Shown piece after piece: positions 24,309-25,197 of a stretch of DNA of 25,197 nucleotides (position 1 is the first letter of the stretch; each line of letters begins with the position of its first letter). The position numbers and the translations under genes are program-made. The stretch spans positions 1-25,197 of the IMG/VR virus record IMGVR_UViG_3300006879_000020, one strand, 5' to 3'. Below the pieces are notes generated by a model, which was not told the origin of the DNA, did not search any database, and worked only from the letters and a program-made list of their open reading frames with translations. This DNA comes from a virus. Lineage: Duplodnaviria > Caudoviricetes.

Positions 24309-24859
24309 AAACCGTCGCATCGGGGTGTCCAGCCACCTTCGGCCGTGAAGCTCAACCGGCCGCGGGTATGTCGCAAGCGTCCGCCGATCCACACCAGGGC
24401 ATCGTCCCGGGCATACAGCGCACCCGCGGCGGCCTCCAGCTCCCAGCGCGGGAACCGCTGCACGTCCCTCACCACCTCCCGCACCCGCTCCACCTCCTTC
24501 ATCAGCGGCCGGATCGTGGGTGAAATAGCCAGCAGGCGGTTGCGGCCGACCGAGGCATCCACCAGGAACATCCCGGTGGAATCGCTCGAAAAATCGAAGT
24601 GGTAGTCCCGCGTGCGCAGGTAGTCGGCAATGATTGCGGCCGTATCGGCCGGAGCGGGAATTCGTACCGTATCGGGCGGGTCGTGCACCGCCACCGGCCA
24701 CGGGTCGCGGATGGTGACCGTCAACGGGGGCAGCGGTTTCAGGCGTACGGTTACGCTGTCCCTCACAACCACCGACGCGGCGCCCCGGCGGTATCCCCAG
24801 CCGAAGAGCAGCGCCCCGGCCGCAAGGGCGGCGAGCAGGTAGAGGATCAGGCGTTTCAT
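24260..24859 (-). CDS. Membrane-anchored lysis accessory protein (spanin-like)
   Basis: N-terminal TM helix (MKRLILYLLAALAAGALLFGWGY), DTV-type linker, amphipathic beta-strand C-terminus; ATGA overlap with the upstream lysin-like gene. Confidence 0.65.
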   Translation of the reverse strand: MKRLILYLLAALAAGALLFGWGYRRGAASVVVRDSVTVRLKPLPPLTVTIRDPWPVAVHDPPDTVRIPAPADTAAIIADYLRTRDYHFDFSSDSTGMFLVDASVGRNRLLAISPTIRPLMKEVERVREVVRDVQRFPRWELEAAAGALYARDDALVWIGGRLRHTRGRLSFTAEGGWTPRCDGFYLQGTVGVTLWRKWN

Positions 24860-25197
24860 GCCTTTACGAACAAATCCCACCCGGCCTGTACGTCGAGCAT
24901 CTTGGCCTCGACGCCGTTCTCTACGAACGACATCGCAGCTACGATGGGAACCATCACGTCGCGGTTGGTCGTTGTGATCCGACTGTCGGCGGGCACCCCC
25001 GATCTTTCCGCCACGGTGCGGACATAGGCGTCCGTGTGGTTCTCCTCCGACGGGGCCCAGCGGCCGATCATCTTGCGGATCGTGTCCAACCCGTAGTTAC
25101 GCTGGTAGTTGTTCAACAGCTTGAAGGCAGCCCGATAGCCGTATGCCACCGTCGTAAATTGCGCGAAACGCTTGTCTTTCGACGGTACGACCTCGCC
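24856..25197 (-). CDS. Endolysin-like protein (lysozyme-fold, 'structural protein P5'-like), 5'-truncated by the window edge
   Basis: DKRFAQFTTVAYGYRAAFKLLNNY...TIRKMIGRWAPSEENHTDAY...AMSFVENG. Confidence 0.8.
   Translation of the reverse strand, partial: GEVVPSKDKRFAQFTTVAYGYRAAFKLLNNYQRNYGLDTIRKMIGRWAPSEENHTDAYVRTVAERSGVPADSRITTTNRDVMVPIVAAMSFVENGVEAKMLDVQAGWDLFVKA

Noticed and set aside
1-25197. DGR template repeat, reverse transcriptase, integrase or transposase
   Set aside because: No second copy of the variable repeat and no RT, recombinase or transposase motifs were seen by eye in the ORF set.

Overview
About 25 kb of a long-tailed (siphovirus-type) phage or prophage genome, with nearly all genes on the minus strand. 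Bacteroidota-type promoters (TTTG-N19-TAnnTTTG) and GC-rich coding sequence suggest a high-GC Bacteroidales host such as Alistipes (inference). Order in the direction of transcription (right to left): end of the lysis module and a terminator; an AT-rich switch region with a divergent trypco2-like gene and no recognisable integrase or repressor; early genes interleaved with antisense cassettes and a DGR-target-like C-type-lectin gene; a tRNA-like RNA with a giant anticodon arm; recombination and replication genes (RecE-like nuclease, NinG, HNH, initiator with iterons); a frameshifted adenine methylase with 9-bp repeats and a PAPS-reductase-family gene; an initiator tRNA; terS and terL; tail tube, portal, scaffold, major capsid, neck genes, tail chaperone and the start of the tape measure. 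The most notable unexplained signals are: (1) three RNA hairpins with different stems but the same AAGGGU loop in front of the tail tube, scaffold and major capsid genes; (2) the 145-nt tRNA-like RNA; (3) a DGR variable-repeat-like gene with no template in the window; (4) a candidate late-promoter motif, CTCAAAA-N7-TWNNTTWG. Four homopolymer frameshifts, one in the essential portal gene, suggest some sequencing indel error. All product calls come from motifs and synteny read by eye; no database searches were run.
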